Assembly: GCA_040285745.1 (NCBI GenBank)
Contig: JAUFOR010000002.1
Span: 1,302,001 to 1,366,000, forward strand
DNA length: 64,000 bases
DNA from: Barthelona sp. PCE
Taxonomy: Eukaryota
Reading direction: 5' to 3'
In this document: in pieces, positions 1 through 9,652 of the stretch
Layout of the letters: each line of letters starts with the position of its first letter
How positions within the stretch are numbered: the first letter of the stretch is position 1
Made by a program: the position numbers and the translations under genes
The notes under the pieces: generated by a model
The model's input: only the letters and a program-made list of their open reading frames with translations
What the model was told of the DNA's origin: nothing
Databases searched by the model: none

Positions 1-3000
1 GTTTTGAGCGTCTTAAACGCGCTCTTAAGCCGATCGCTCGCCAGATCTTTATACGTTGCAATAAGACGATGCACCACATGCGGTAAACACGGTGCAATGA
101 CCGTTTTAAATGATTCAATACTGACAATCTGCTTGTCTGCAGACTTATAAGCAGCCAAATACAGCTGTGGTTTCTTAACTGACATTGCAAAGACACTCAT
201 TCCGACAGCTGAGACTGAACCAGGGAGCATACTGCATGCAACACCAGTAAAATACTTTGGCGATCCAAGACATGTCAGGTTACATGTCAACTCGTCCACT
301 GATACGCATAGTGCGCTGGACTGTTGAGATGTGTTACGCCTCTGAACGAATGAGAGCATGCGCACATCAACTGCAAGTATCATATCCAATGACTGGATCA
401 TAGGAATTGCTGTTGTCACTGTCCTGTTCATCTCTTGGGCAAACGCAGGAGGAACAGTGCCCACAAAAGCGTTTGTGTATAAAGGAACATCGAAACGAAT
501 ACCAATCAGGTGGGTTTCCATAAGGGAACGTATCTTGACGTTGTCGGTGTTTGTGCTAAAGACACCCGAGATACTCTTATCTAATAATTGGTCGAAAGAG
601 ACCTTGAGTCCATCTTTTAATACAGGAATAATATTCAAAAAACTTGATACCACTGCTGGTGATATAAACACGTCAATAGGCTTTGGAGCCAAAAGAATAA
701 GCTTATTCGTATTGTCATGAACCTTATTAGCGGTTAAAACACTCTCTTTAATTTCAAAAAAATTGCTGTATGGTTCAATAAACAAAATACTATCATAACT
801 GATGTCTGATGATTCTCCACTCATTGGTACCCGTTGAACACGTGATTTAACTAACTTCAGATCAATATCCAACGACGATGAATCATTTGGCTTGTCTAGA
901 GTATAGAAATTATGAACATTCTCATGGTTATTAATGTAATCCTTCTCAGGATTCAAAAATCCATACGCCTCTTTTGCTGAAATACGATTCTTTGAGATAT
1001 CATCCTTGACTGTCTTCTCTTCAAATTCGTTTGAATCCATACTTTGCAAACTGTTGATATCAGTCATTGTAGTTGCTCCGAATCGATCCGAATCCTTCAT
1101 AAAGTAGTTCTCACTCTCGTCCGAATACAGAGATGACTCCCTATCGTAGTCCATGTGAAGCCAGGACAGGCGCTTCTCCACATCGTGTTTGATACAGAAC
1201 TCCCTTTGCTCCTGCATAATCTCCTTTGCTTCTTTTGTTTCAAACGTCTTAAACAATTGAACAGATGTTTCAACTGAAAACACCTCCTTAAATGTATTCG
1301 ATTCATCAATACAATTCAAAAGAGATGCTGCGATCCTTCCCACAGAAACTGTTAGACTATTCTCGCTCGTTGAAGAAGCTATGTTGGTCTGACCCAGGCT
1401 CATAGATGACAATTTTGAATAAAAAACATCAGCATCAGTAAGATGTAGTGCTATATTGATGCAATTCACAGCAACTAACCTCTGAAACGGTACGACCATC
1501 TTCTGAGGTTCGTAGACCTCATCCATGATGTGATGGGAGCCAGGCCAGCCATTAAGATTGGACAAAAAGCTGGCTATAAAGTTCTGCAGCTGCAAGAATG
1601 CATCAAAATCTGAGGCAACATTGATGCTGTCGATTGTATATATCTCATCGTTGAAATAAGGAACTCCATCATTATTGAAGCCCAAACGCTTGAGAATAAT
1701 CTTCTTACAGTGAGCAATTCTCTTTGATTTGAGTAATGTTGATATCTGCAAATTTGGCAACGCTACCTCCATGATTCCCGATCCAGGCTTGTTAGCACCG
1801 AGCATATTAAAGTTAAGCTCTTGTGCAAATCCAACTAAACAGTCATTTGACTCTTTTAAAACACACCGTTCACGACAGGTGTTAATCATTTCCTCACTGA
1901 GCTTAATGTTAACCTTACGTTGTTTTGTCAGTGTGACAATACACGCGTTAATATCAGGGAACGTAATTTTTGGTAACAATACAAAAAGATTATGACAATC
2001 AACTTTAACATGAGTCTGGAACACATTACCAACCTTTTTCTCACCAGAGGGCCAATGGGCTTTTCTGTAATTAAAGGTATCACTGGGGTTGTTCCCCTTA
2101 TTAATATTGTATTCATTTAAAGATGTAAACATTTGAGTACCCCCAAATAAATTCTGCACCCAGTCCATCAATGGCCAGATTGTGAAGCCGAGCGCACCTA
2201 TAACAAGGTCGTCGATGTCCACACGTAAGTCAAGTAGATCAACAACATCCTGCCGTATGAAATAGTGCTGCTTGAAAAGACACGCTCCCTTTACCGAAGA
2301 TATAACACCCAAATCAACGACAGAGTGCCCGTAAACAGTGTTAAGAAAACTTGCAAGCTTGTTCTTCTTGGGGAAACAGAAGCTCAGATAATTATCCTGC
2401 AGCCCAAACGAGATGTCAAACAATCCGTTTTCAGCTTCATAGTTTGTACCGTCCATAACTGCCTTGATGTGTAACTGATTTGAATTGAGCATCAAGAATG
2501 CATTATTCTGCAAACTAACAAGGCGCAGACCATCAACAACGTTGTGCTTATTGCAGTTCATATAGATCTTAACACCGTTAGATATGACGTTATAGACCAT
2601 GCGGACGCCGCTAAACTGCTCCAGGGCAGCAGGTTGTTTGAACAGACCGAGATCAGCGAATAGATTCTGTATAGTAGGGATGAACGCAGCATAGTAAAAC
2701 AGTTCGGCCTTGTTGCCCAGATTGACATCAAAGAGCCAATCTTTTGGGTGGTTCCAGACACGCGGGAACTGCAAACGCCCGTTCAGCTGAAGCTTGGGAG
2801 TGTTCAACAACAATAACTCGCTTTTGATAACGCTTGCTGTTACTGCAACGTGGTTGAGCTCAACGTTCAGTAGAGAGGTCACACCAAGCTCCTCTAAACA
2901 CAGAGAGGGCTGGATAAAATTGATGGTACCATTCTGACACAGAATCTTGAGCGCCTGTTTCTTTGGATCATCTCCATAGATATCATTATTGAGCGAACGG

Positions 3001-4304
3001 AATGGGACTTCGATTGGAGTTGTGCCTTTAAATACTATTCTAATGGCGAGTGCCGTCTTTGGCCACTTCCACTCTGTCTTTGATTCATCACCAATCTTAT
3101 AGATGGGGCGAGTTTTAAAATCACCAGGGAGGAAGAAACGCTGCAGGAAGCCACGGTTGCGCTCGTTCCACATTCCGTATTCGACTTTTGCATCCATGAA
3201 CTCGAGATCGATGCCTCGCGCCGGACTGTTCTTCATGATGTTGGTTATTGTACTACCGTAAATAACCCCCGTGTCGGCATCAAACCCATCAAGGAAGGGC
3301 ATTTCACATGGTTTGGTGACGTCATCATAGTACAACACATTTGTCTTCTTTGCCTTAAGGATCTGATTGAAACAGTGTCCTTCCTCGCTCAACACAACAT
3401 ACTCATCGATGAGCTGCATCATTTCCCTTATTCGTATACCTGGATCAAGACCATCTAAGTTGCGCACATGCCGAGGCCACATTGTTAAATTTCCGTGATT
3501 TGGAATACTGAGAGGCTTAACGACCTCTGCATCACTCTCTTCCTTTTCTTCGCAATCAAGAAGAGGTTCAGCCATATCTATGGTCAGGTTCTGTATCATT
3601 GATTTCAGAACCATACGATACGCATCACGCTCGTTGGGTGCCTGGACAAAGCCCACCAGACCCTTGAGGGTGTCAAACTTAATGATCAACTCTACTGGAG
3701 TCTCTTCGTTACCAATTATGATTGTAACATCTTCCAAGTGTAAATCAATACACTGTGAGAGTTTAAATAATGTTGGGATAGCCTTGAGCATATCTTCTGT
3801 CAACGGAGCAAGATCTGAGTTGTTATCTAAAACTGCACTGGAAACTTTCATTATTGGTGTACCAGTCATTGTACCGATACTATTATTCTCATCGCATTCA
3901 TCAACAGCCTTATCCATGATCGATTTCTTGACAGCGTCATATCGCCCGTCCCAATTGAAAAGGTTCAACTTAACGCCACGAGCAAAAACACGGAACTTTG
4001 ATTTTTCACCAGAAGACATTTCATCAACGTGCCTACGTGGGGAGTAGCTCCACCAGCGGTATTTGAGGACTAAAAATTGAACAGAAGAACAAACACTCTT
4101 TGAAACAGACTGAATTCGACGAAATCCAAATCTACCGCTTAGAAAACTGGTTCTTAGACCTCTAATTTTGATATAAATATCGCTTTTAAGAAGTTTTCTC
4201 TTCAAAATAGAAGAAACGAACCAGCCAGCAACGATTCCGCTAAAACAGAAAAGAAAAACAACAAAAAACCCCAGCACACATAGTGCAATAGTGAAATCCC
4301 ACAT
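1..4304 (-). CDS. BLTP1: Bridge-like lipid transfer protein BLTP1/Csf1/KIAA1109/Tweek homolog (5' part; continues past left edge)
   Basis: ATG at 4304 (MWDFTIALCVLGFFVVFLFCFSG, an N-terminal TM helix). The frame is open at both ends that I translated and still open at position 1, which probably explains its absence from the ORF track. Csf1_N-like motifs SFLSGRFGFRRI, KYRWWSY and GVKLNLFNWDGRYDAV (cf. GLEWFxYNRxxAYD), plus VEYGMWNERNRGFLQRFFLP (cf. YGPWADRQRxxLQxFFFP). Confidence 0.8.
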   Translation of the reverse strand, partial: MWDFTIALCVLGFFVVFLFCFSGIVAGWFVSSILKRKLLKSDIYIKIRGLRTSFLSGRFGFRRIQSVSKSVCSSVQFLVLKYRWWSYSPRRHVDEMSSGEKSKFRVFARGVKLNLFNWDGRYDAVKKSIMDKAVDECDENNSIGTMTGTPIMKVSSAVLDNNSDLAPLTEDMLKAIPTLFKLSQCIDLHLEDVTIIIGNEETPVELIIKFDTLKGLVGFVQAPNERDAYRMVLKSMIQNLTIDMAEPLLDCEEKEESDAEVVKPLSIPNHGNLTMWPRHVRNLDGLDPGIRIREMMQLIDEYVVLSEEGHCFNQILKAKKTNVLYYDDVTKPCEMPFLDGFDADTGVIYGSTITNIMKNSPARGIDLEFMDAKVEYGMWNERNRGFLQRFFLPGDFKTRPIYKIGDESKTEWKWPKTALAIRIVFKGTTPIEVPFRSLNNDIYGDDPKKQALKILCQNGTINFIQPSLCLEELGVTSLLNVELNHVAVTASVIKSELLLLNTPKLQLNGRLQFPRVWNHPKDWLFDVNLGNKAELFYYAAFIPTIQNLFADLGLFKQPAALEQFSGVRMVYNVISNGVKIYMNCNKHNVVDGLRLVSLQNNAFLMLNSNQLHIKAVMDGTNYEAENGLFDISFGLQDNYLSFCFPKKNKLASFLNTVYGHSVVDLGVISSVKGACLFKQHYFIRQDVVDLLDLRVDIDDLVIGALGFTIWPLMDWVQNLFGGTQMFTSLNEYNINKGNNPSDTFNYRKAHWPSGEKKVGNVFQTHVKVDCHNLFVLLPKITFPDINACIVTLTKQRKVNIKLSEEMINTCRERCVLKESNDCLVGFAQELNFNMLGANKPGSGIMEVALPNLQISTLLKSKRIAHCKKIILKRLGFNNDGVPYFNDEIYTIDSINVASDFDAFLQLQNFIASFLSNLNGWPGSHHIMDEVYEPQKMVVPFQRLVAVNCINIALHLTDADVFYSKLSSMSLGQTNIASSTSENSLTVSVGRIAASLLNCIDESNTFKEVFSVETSVQLFKTFETKEAKEIMQEQREFCIKHDVEKRLSWLHMDYDRESSLYSDESENYFMKDSDRFGATTMTDINSLQSMDSNEFEEKTVKDDISKNRISAKEAYGFLNPEKDYINNHENVHNFYTLDKPNDSSSLDIDLKLVKSRVQRVPMSGESSDISYDSILFIEPYSNFFEIKESVLTANKVHDNTNKLILLAPKPIDVFISPAVVSSFLNIIPVLKDGLKVSFDQLLDKSISGVFSTNTDNVKIRSLMETHLIGIRFDVPLYTNAFVGTVPPAFAQEMNRTVTTAIPMIQSLDMILAVDVRMLSFVQRRNTSQQSSALCVSVDELTCNLTCLGSPKYFTGVACSMLPGSVSAVGMSVFAMSVKKPQLYLAAYKSADKQIVSIESFKTVIAPCLPHVVHRLIATYKDLASDRLKSAFKTLK

Positions 4305-4397
4305 AGTTTACAAAGAACTATGCGAATATATCAAGAAAGGGTTGAGTAAATAAAAAACATTCTAACTATCCTTAAACATCCTAATTTACATAGTTTA

Positions 4398-5378
4398 TTA
4401 AACTCTGAGGAGCTCAACGACGTTTCCAGCAGCAACAGCCATCCAATGAGGGTTCTGATGTGACCAACTAAGATTTTCTAATTCATTAGTGGCCCTATAT
4501 GTCAAAGGGTCTGTTATAGGGTCGGGGATCGAACTGACATCCCAAATAAATGCCATTGAATTGTCAGCTGCTGTAGCAATATGTGCGGTAGAATGAGGAG
4601 CCCATTCCAAAGCATTAACTTGTGTATCTGGTAAACTGAGTGTTGCAACTGGTGTGGTTGGCACTCTAACGTCTAAAATGTATACTTCTTCTTGTCCTAA
4701 AGGTAGAGTAGCGATAAAATTTGAATCTCTGTTATTCCAGCTAATCCTCAACAGTGGGTTACTGTTGTTCTCAAAAAGAATAGTCGACTGGTGTAGGTTC
4801 CTCATATCAAATATACGCAAAGAACCATCTGCTCCACAAGAAGCAAAAATATCCGAATTGGCTGAGAAACTCACATCATAAACCTCATCGTCATGTGCAA
4901 TGAGTTGGCTCTTCTGCTGCCTGGTGTTCAGATCCCAAATAGAACATGTGGTATCGATAGAAGATGTGATTAGTAATTCTGGTTTATCCTTATTCCAGTC
5001 AAAACTAGTCAATGGTGCTGAATATGTCTTACTCTTTGCTCCTTTGGTGTTGACGAGCTTGAAGTGATCAATAATTTGACCATTGTCATCCATTTTGTAA
5101 ATTCTCAGATAAGCTCCACTTGTGGCAAACATTTCCGGAGCACTGGTTGAAGGACAAAATTGAAGCTTTGAAGGGGGGTAGTAGAGGTTAACATCTGCTA
5201 GGACCGAAATGTCATTTGCTTCAGGATCAAACTGAAGGATCTTGACATAATTCTCGTAGCTTTCGCAAAACGATCCAATACCTAGTCGCTGGGTGGTTCC
5301 AGGCTGGTGTGACCAACCAAGGGCATATATGGGGAAGTCAGATTCATAACTATAGCTCACGCGTTGTGATTCTTGCAT
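4398..5378 (-). CDS. DCAF7: WD40 protein DCAF7/WDR68/AN11 family
   Basis: Family-diagnostic APLTSFDWN, SSIDTTCSIWD, QLIAHDDEVYDV, ADGSLRIFDMRNLHQSTILFE. Confidence 0.95.
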   Translation of the reverse strand: MQESQRVSYSYESDFPIYALGWSHQPGTTQRLGIGSFCESYENYVKILQFDPEANDISVLADVNLYYPPSKLQFCPSTSAPEMFATSGAYLRIYKMDDNGQIIDHFKLVNTKGAKSKTYSAPLTSFDWNKDKPELLITSSIDTTCSIWDLNTRQQKSQLIAHDDEVYDVSFSANSDIFASCGADGSLRIFDMRNLHQSTILFENNSNPLLRISWNNRDSNFIATLPLGQEEVYILDVRVPTTPVATLSLPDTQVNALEWAPHSTAHIATAADNSMAFIWDVSSIPDPITDPLTYRATNELENLSWSHQNPHWMAVAAGNVVELLRV

Positions 5379-5884
5379 AAATCAATGGTAGTGCTCAAAA
5401 TAAATGATAAAGTGTGGTTGCGTGGAGAAAAAACGGAATCTAAGCGGTTACAAATGTGGAAACCGTAAAGAAAAGGGATAAATCTCAAAAGCATATTCCG
5501 CTGAGATTAGAAATGTGTAGAATGCTGTGGCAATACCAAGTTACTAAATTAACGATGTTGAACGTTATAATGCACCATTAATACATCTATGCGTTACCAA
5601 AACGAAATTTGTGAGTCTTTGGCACTTTCTCAATAATATATGTTAACTTTACCATTTTTGTGAATGTTTTGAAACATAATATGCACTTTTTAAAGTCTAA
5701 AGAGTGATGAGTAAAAACCTGCGAATTTTCAAACAACATCAAACATCACTTTAGAATGTTAAACCACTCAATAAAGGTTTTATTGTACAGGCAATAGATA
5801 ATAAAATTGTCAAAACAGATGCTATTAAAAAATGAAAAATAATCTCATCAAAATAACTTTTAATTGTGCTTAATAAAAATCAAA

Positions 5885-6748
5885 TTAATCAAGATCCAAC
5901 CATGGATCGGTGAACCAATCCACCTTCTCTGATCGCTTAATACATTTTGCAACCTCGTTTCTGAGTGAATAAGTTGCAAAAATTATACCATCATCATCAC
6001 GTGTCTGTATAGGTCTGTCTTTGTGAACATTTCGCTCTGTATGCGCAAAATCTATCAGATGTAGTGACACCTTGTCCGGATGCTCGCTATCCTCTGTTTG
6101 TGTTTCGTATAAAATTAAAAATGAACAACTATACATGAAAAATTCTCTTCCCTGCTCTAAGACCATCAACAAGCGATCTATTATTGTTAAAAGATTGCGA
6201 AGTACACCAGTTCTTAACGTATTTCCATCATAAAAAAAACGATAAAAAGTGCTTCGAAAATTTTTTGTTTTCAGTTTCTTCCCGCTCTTCTTATTTAAAA
6301 AATAAATTGGCTTACCGTTTTCGAACTGGGAGGGTACCTTGGCACCTGTCAACCGTAAACCATGCGAAAAACTTGTTGTGGTGTACAGTTTAGACATCAT
6401 AGAACAACGTTTAATTGTGTGTGCACCATTATCATAGAACCTTACACCCGCTTTGACATCAAGACCAGCTGCACTACTAAATTCTTTAGTTAAATCGTCC
6501 AAATTTATCACAGGAATTTCTTCATGCCAGTTAACACCATAATATGTTGGAATAAATGGTAAAAAACTCGGCCAAACGTCCGCTACTCCCTCGTAAAAGT
6601 TAACTTCCCGTTCGTTAGAAGGTTTTAAAAGAACTCCCTCCTTATAGCGAATATTTTGATGCCCTCCATACTGATTCTTGAATACTGCAATGTCACTGTC
6701 AAAGCTTACGCTCTTCTTGACCTTTTTTAGTGTGTGTCTGATATTCAT
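5885..6748 (-). CDS. Inositol polyphosphate kinase (IPK family; IP6K/IPMK-like)
   Basis: QYGGH, EVNFYE, FIPTYYG, LDDLT, DVKAG (PxxxDxKxG variant), YSCSFL, LIDFAH. Confidence 0.9.
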   Translation of the reverse strand: MNIRHTLKKVKKSVSFDSDIAVFKNQYGGHQNIRYKEGVLLKPSNEREVNFYEGVADVWPSFLPFIPTYYGVNWHEEIPVINLDDLTKEFSSAAGLDVKAGVRFYDNGAHTIKRCSMMSKLYTTTSFSHGLRLTGAKVPSQFENGKPIYFLNKKSGKKLKTKNFRSTFYRFFYDGNTLRTGVLRNLLTIIDRLLMVLEQGREFFMYSCSFLILYETQTEDSEHPDKVSLHLIDFAHTERNVHKDRPIQTRDDDGIIFATYSLRNEVAKCIKRSEKVDWFTDPWLDLD

Positions 6749-6910
6749 ATGCCGTTTCTATCAGATGAAAAGAAAATAATTCTTTAAAAACAGGTAAATT
6801 TACCTTTCAATCACACTTCTAGGTCTATTATACATATATATACCACATAATAAGCAGTAAATAAACATAGATACTTGTTATACCTATTCACACGTCATTC
6901 AATCCAAAAT

Positions 6911-7681
6911 ATGGCATCAGTCAAAGAGTATCGGGTTAGGATCCCGCTATCAACGGAAGAGTATCGTATTGGACAACTGTATGGAGTTGCAAAGGCTGCA
7001 TTAGAAACTACTGATGGTACAGACGGTATTGAAATCATAGAGAACAGACCCTACACTGACGAAAATGGAGTTTCCGGACAGTACACATTGAAAAGATTCC
7101 ATTTAAAGCAACTAATCCCACGTTGGATTTCTTTACTACTTCCTAACAGTGCATTAACTGTAGATGAGAAGTCTTGGAACTGCTACCCCCACACACTCAC
7201 CACATACCATTCACCTTTTCTAGGGGAGCGTTTCTTGTTGGAAGTAGAAAGTATGCATTGTGATGATGATGGAAATGCTCCTAACATACTCAATATGGCT
7301 GACGAACTTATAGAACGCCGCGTGATCGATGTTGTTGATACCGTAAACGAAAATGTTGATGATAACGGAGGTTTACGTTCCTTTCACTCTGAAAAAGCCA
7401 ATAGAGGACCGTTTGCTGAAAATTGGAACTATGAGTTCGCACCAACCATGACAGCATACAAAGCTGTACGCTGCACGTGTCGGATATTCCCATTACAGGG
7501 TAAGTTGCAGCGATTCATTCAGAACAAGATGCGCGAAGTTTTCTTGAAGTATAATCAAAAGAATGTGATGTGGATGGACGAATGGTACGGTATGACACTT
7601 GAAGATATCCGGGCTATGGAAGAAAGTGTTAAACAAGATCTGGCAAGTAAGTGGGATGAGGAAGAACCAGCTGTTCAATAA
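6911..7681 (+). CDS. Phosphatidylinositol transfer protein (PITP, START-like)
   Basis: KEYRVRIPLSTEEYRIGQLY, GQYTLK, EKSWNCYP, MTAYK, WMDEWYGMTLEDIR. First ATG is at 6911; the track start is a TTG. Confidence 0.95.
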   Translation: MASVKEYRVRIPLSTEEYRIGQLYGVAKAALETTDGTDGIEIIENRPYTDENGVSGQYTLKRFHLKQLIPRWISLLLPNSALTVDEKSWNCYPHTLTTYHSPFLGERFLLEVESMHCDDDGNAPNILNMADELIERRVIDVVDTVNENVDDNGGLRSFHSEKANRGPFAENWNYEFAPTMTAYKAVRCTCRIFPLQGKLQRFIQNKMREVFLKYNQKNVMWMDEWYGMTLEDIRAMEESVKQDLASKWDEEEPAVQ

Positions 7682-7692
7682 ATTCTATTGTT

Positions 7693-9558
7693 TTATTGTG
7701 TTTTTAAACTGTCTCTAAGCGCAAGAATTTGTGTACTAATTGATATATTCATTTTTTCTTGCAATTCACTCAATTTTGTTCCGAAGTTTAACTCAACCTT
7801 CTGTAATTGGCTAATTAGCTCTTGTTTTTGCTGGGACAACCGTGTAATACTCGAATTAAGCTCAGAAAATTTCAAGGTATAACCTTCACGCTCACCATTC
7901 ATTTCGTTTAGCATTTTCTCTGTTGAAATCCTCTGCTGCTCATTACTCTTCTCCAAGTCATCATTAATGCGACGTAATGAATTCATTTGACTCTCAATCT
8001 GTTTCCTTGATGAAGATTCAATGTCCAACTGATTTTGCAAAGACATCTTCTCACTTTCAAGCTTGGAATTCCTTGTACGAAGATCCTCCATGTCATCGGT
8101 CTTGCGTTGCTTGTACACATCATGGTCTTGCTTCATAATCTCAACGTTCTGCTCAAGTCGTGCAATAATTTTCCTTTGATCCTGGATGGTCGTCTCAAGC
8201 TCTGTAATATTAGCCAATTCCTGACGCTTAAGTCGTGCTTCCTGTTCCTGAAGGTTCATTTTGTGGTAACTTTCAAGGGCAAGCACTTTCTTTGTTGCTT
8301 GACTCAGTGAATTTTCTGCTTCTTTACGAAGACTATCAGTGGATTCGTAATTCTTTCTCAACAACATTAATTCCTGATCAAAGTTGCTTTGTAAGCTAGA
8401 CTTCATCTCTAACTCACGCCCCTTGATGGTATCTAACTCATCACTAAGCAACATAACTTTTCCCTCAAGCTCTCCATTCTTAACATCCAACTCATCATTC
8501 TCATTGCACAACTCATGATTTGTCTTTTCTGCAATGCTGTACTTATTTTCAAGTTCCTTTATGTACTCATCTTTCTCAAAAAGAGCATCGTTCAACCCTT
8601 TAATATTATTTCGTGTGCCATTCAAATCATTCTCATACTTTTCCTGTAAAGAATTAAAATTACTACTCTGACCCTTTAACTTATTCATCTCTTCCTCTAG
8701 TTCAGCGTTCTTTAAATTAAAACTTAACCGAAGCTTCTCTGACTCTGCCAGTTGATGTTCATAATTATCCTTCATAATCTTCATTTCTTTCTTCTTCTCT
8801 TCCAACAAATGTTCAAGATACATAACCTGCTTAGTCTCCTCATCCTTATCCTTCTTTAACGTTTGATTCCGCTCAATGAGTTTACGAACACGGTTCAATA
8901 CATCATTGCTCAGACTATTACCCATCAACTCTATGCTTACAATACGATGGTTACCTTCAATGCCTTCAATTAGTCGAGTAACACCGTTGAGACCAAAAGA
9001 GTTCCAACGTAAATCCAGGTGAACCAAGGGGCATGTATCCACTAAAAGCATATCTTTTATGAGGCCGCAGTGATCTGCATTCAAATATGTGTGCTGCAAA
9101 TCCAGTTCTTGAATATTTGAAATCGCAACCTGACCGCAAAAGTGATGAAAAACATCTGTGTTGGTACTAATGTTGTTCCAAGCAAGGCCGAGCTTGTTAA
9201 GGCTCACGCTAGTAACAACCTTTGATACAAAACGCAAACCTTGTATAGTAAGAGAGTTTCCCTTAAGATTAAGTACCTCAAGGTTAGGTACCTTCTCCAG
9301 TGCCTCACAAATGATCACACAGCCCGAATCTTCAATAAAACAATCACTAAGATCTAACTCACTAATAATTGGAAAGTTCACAATCGTTTGAGCTACAACT
9401 TTTAAAACGGGATCAGAGAGTCCCAATGCTGCTAGAGACACGCGGTACTTATCAGGACCTGCGGAATCTGCGTTTGCAAATGCACTTGAAATTGAGTTTG
9501 GTATATCCAAGTGATTCTCAGAAGCCAAATCCATTAGCCTGGTTAAAAACCTGTCCAT
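7693..9558 (-). CDS. LRRC45: RNI-like LRR plus long coiled-coil protein, LRRC45-like (centriolar)
   Basis: LRRs (LDLSDC, LNLKGN, LGLAWN, LDLRWN, ELMGN) followed by about 380 aa of coiled coil. Confidence 0.7.
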   Translation of the reverse strand: MDRFLTRLMDLASENHLDIPNSISSAFANADSAGPDKYRVSLAALGLSDPVLKVVAQTIVNFPIISELDLSDCFIEDSGCVIICEALEKVPNLEVLNLKGNSLTIQGLRFVSKVVTSVSLNKLGLAWNNISTNTDVFHHFCGQVAISNIQELDLQHTYLNADHCGLIKDMLLVDTCPLVHLDLRWNSFGLNGVTRLIEGIEGNHRIVSIELMGNSLSNDVLNRVRKLIERNQTLKKDKDEETKQVMYLEHLLEEKKKEMKIMKDNYEHQLAESEKLRLSFNLKNAELEEEMNKLKGQSSNFNSLQEKYENDLNGTRNNIKGLNDALFEKDEYIKELENKYSIAEKTNHELCNENDELDVKNGELEGKVMLLSDELDTIKGRELEMKSSLQSNFDQELMLLRKNYESTDSLRKEAENSLSQATKKVLALESYHKMNLQEQEARLKRQELANITELETTIQDQRKIIARLEQNVEIMKQDHDVYKQRKTDDMEDLRTRNSKLESEKMSLQNQLDIESSSRKQIESQMNSLRRINDDLEKSNEQQRISTEKMLNEMNGEREGYTLKFSELNSSITRLSQQKQELISQLQKVELNFGTKLSELQEKMNISISTQILALRDSLKTQ

Positions 9559-9652
9559 TGTCGCAAGTTAAGCAGTGCGCACAAGTAAAAAAAAACAGGA
9601 AGTGTGAAAGCCGTTTCGTTTGGTAAAACAAGACTTTAAGCTAATATTTACA

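Noticed and set aside
358..4047. Many short ORFs in the first 4 kb
   Set aside because: All lie within the long minus-strand BLTP1 frame.
5696..5755. Imperfect inverted repeat (TCTAAAG-AGTGATG / CATCACT-TTAGA)
   Set aside because: Single short stem in AT-rich DNA; no D box, target-site duplication or second copy seen.
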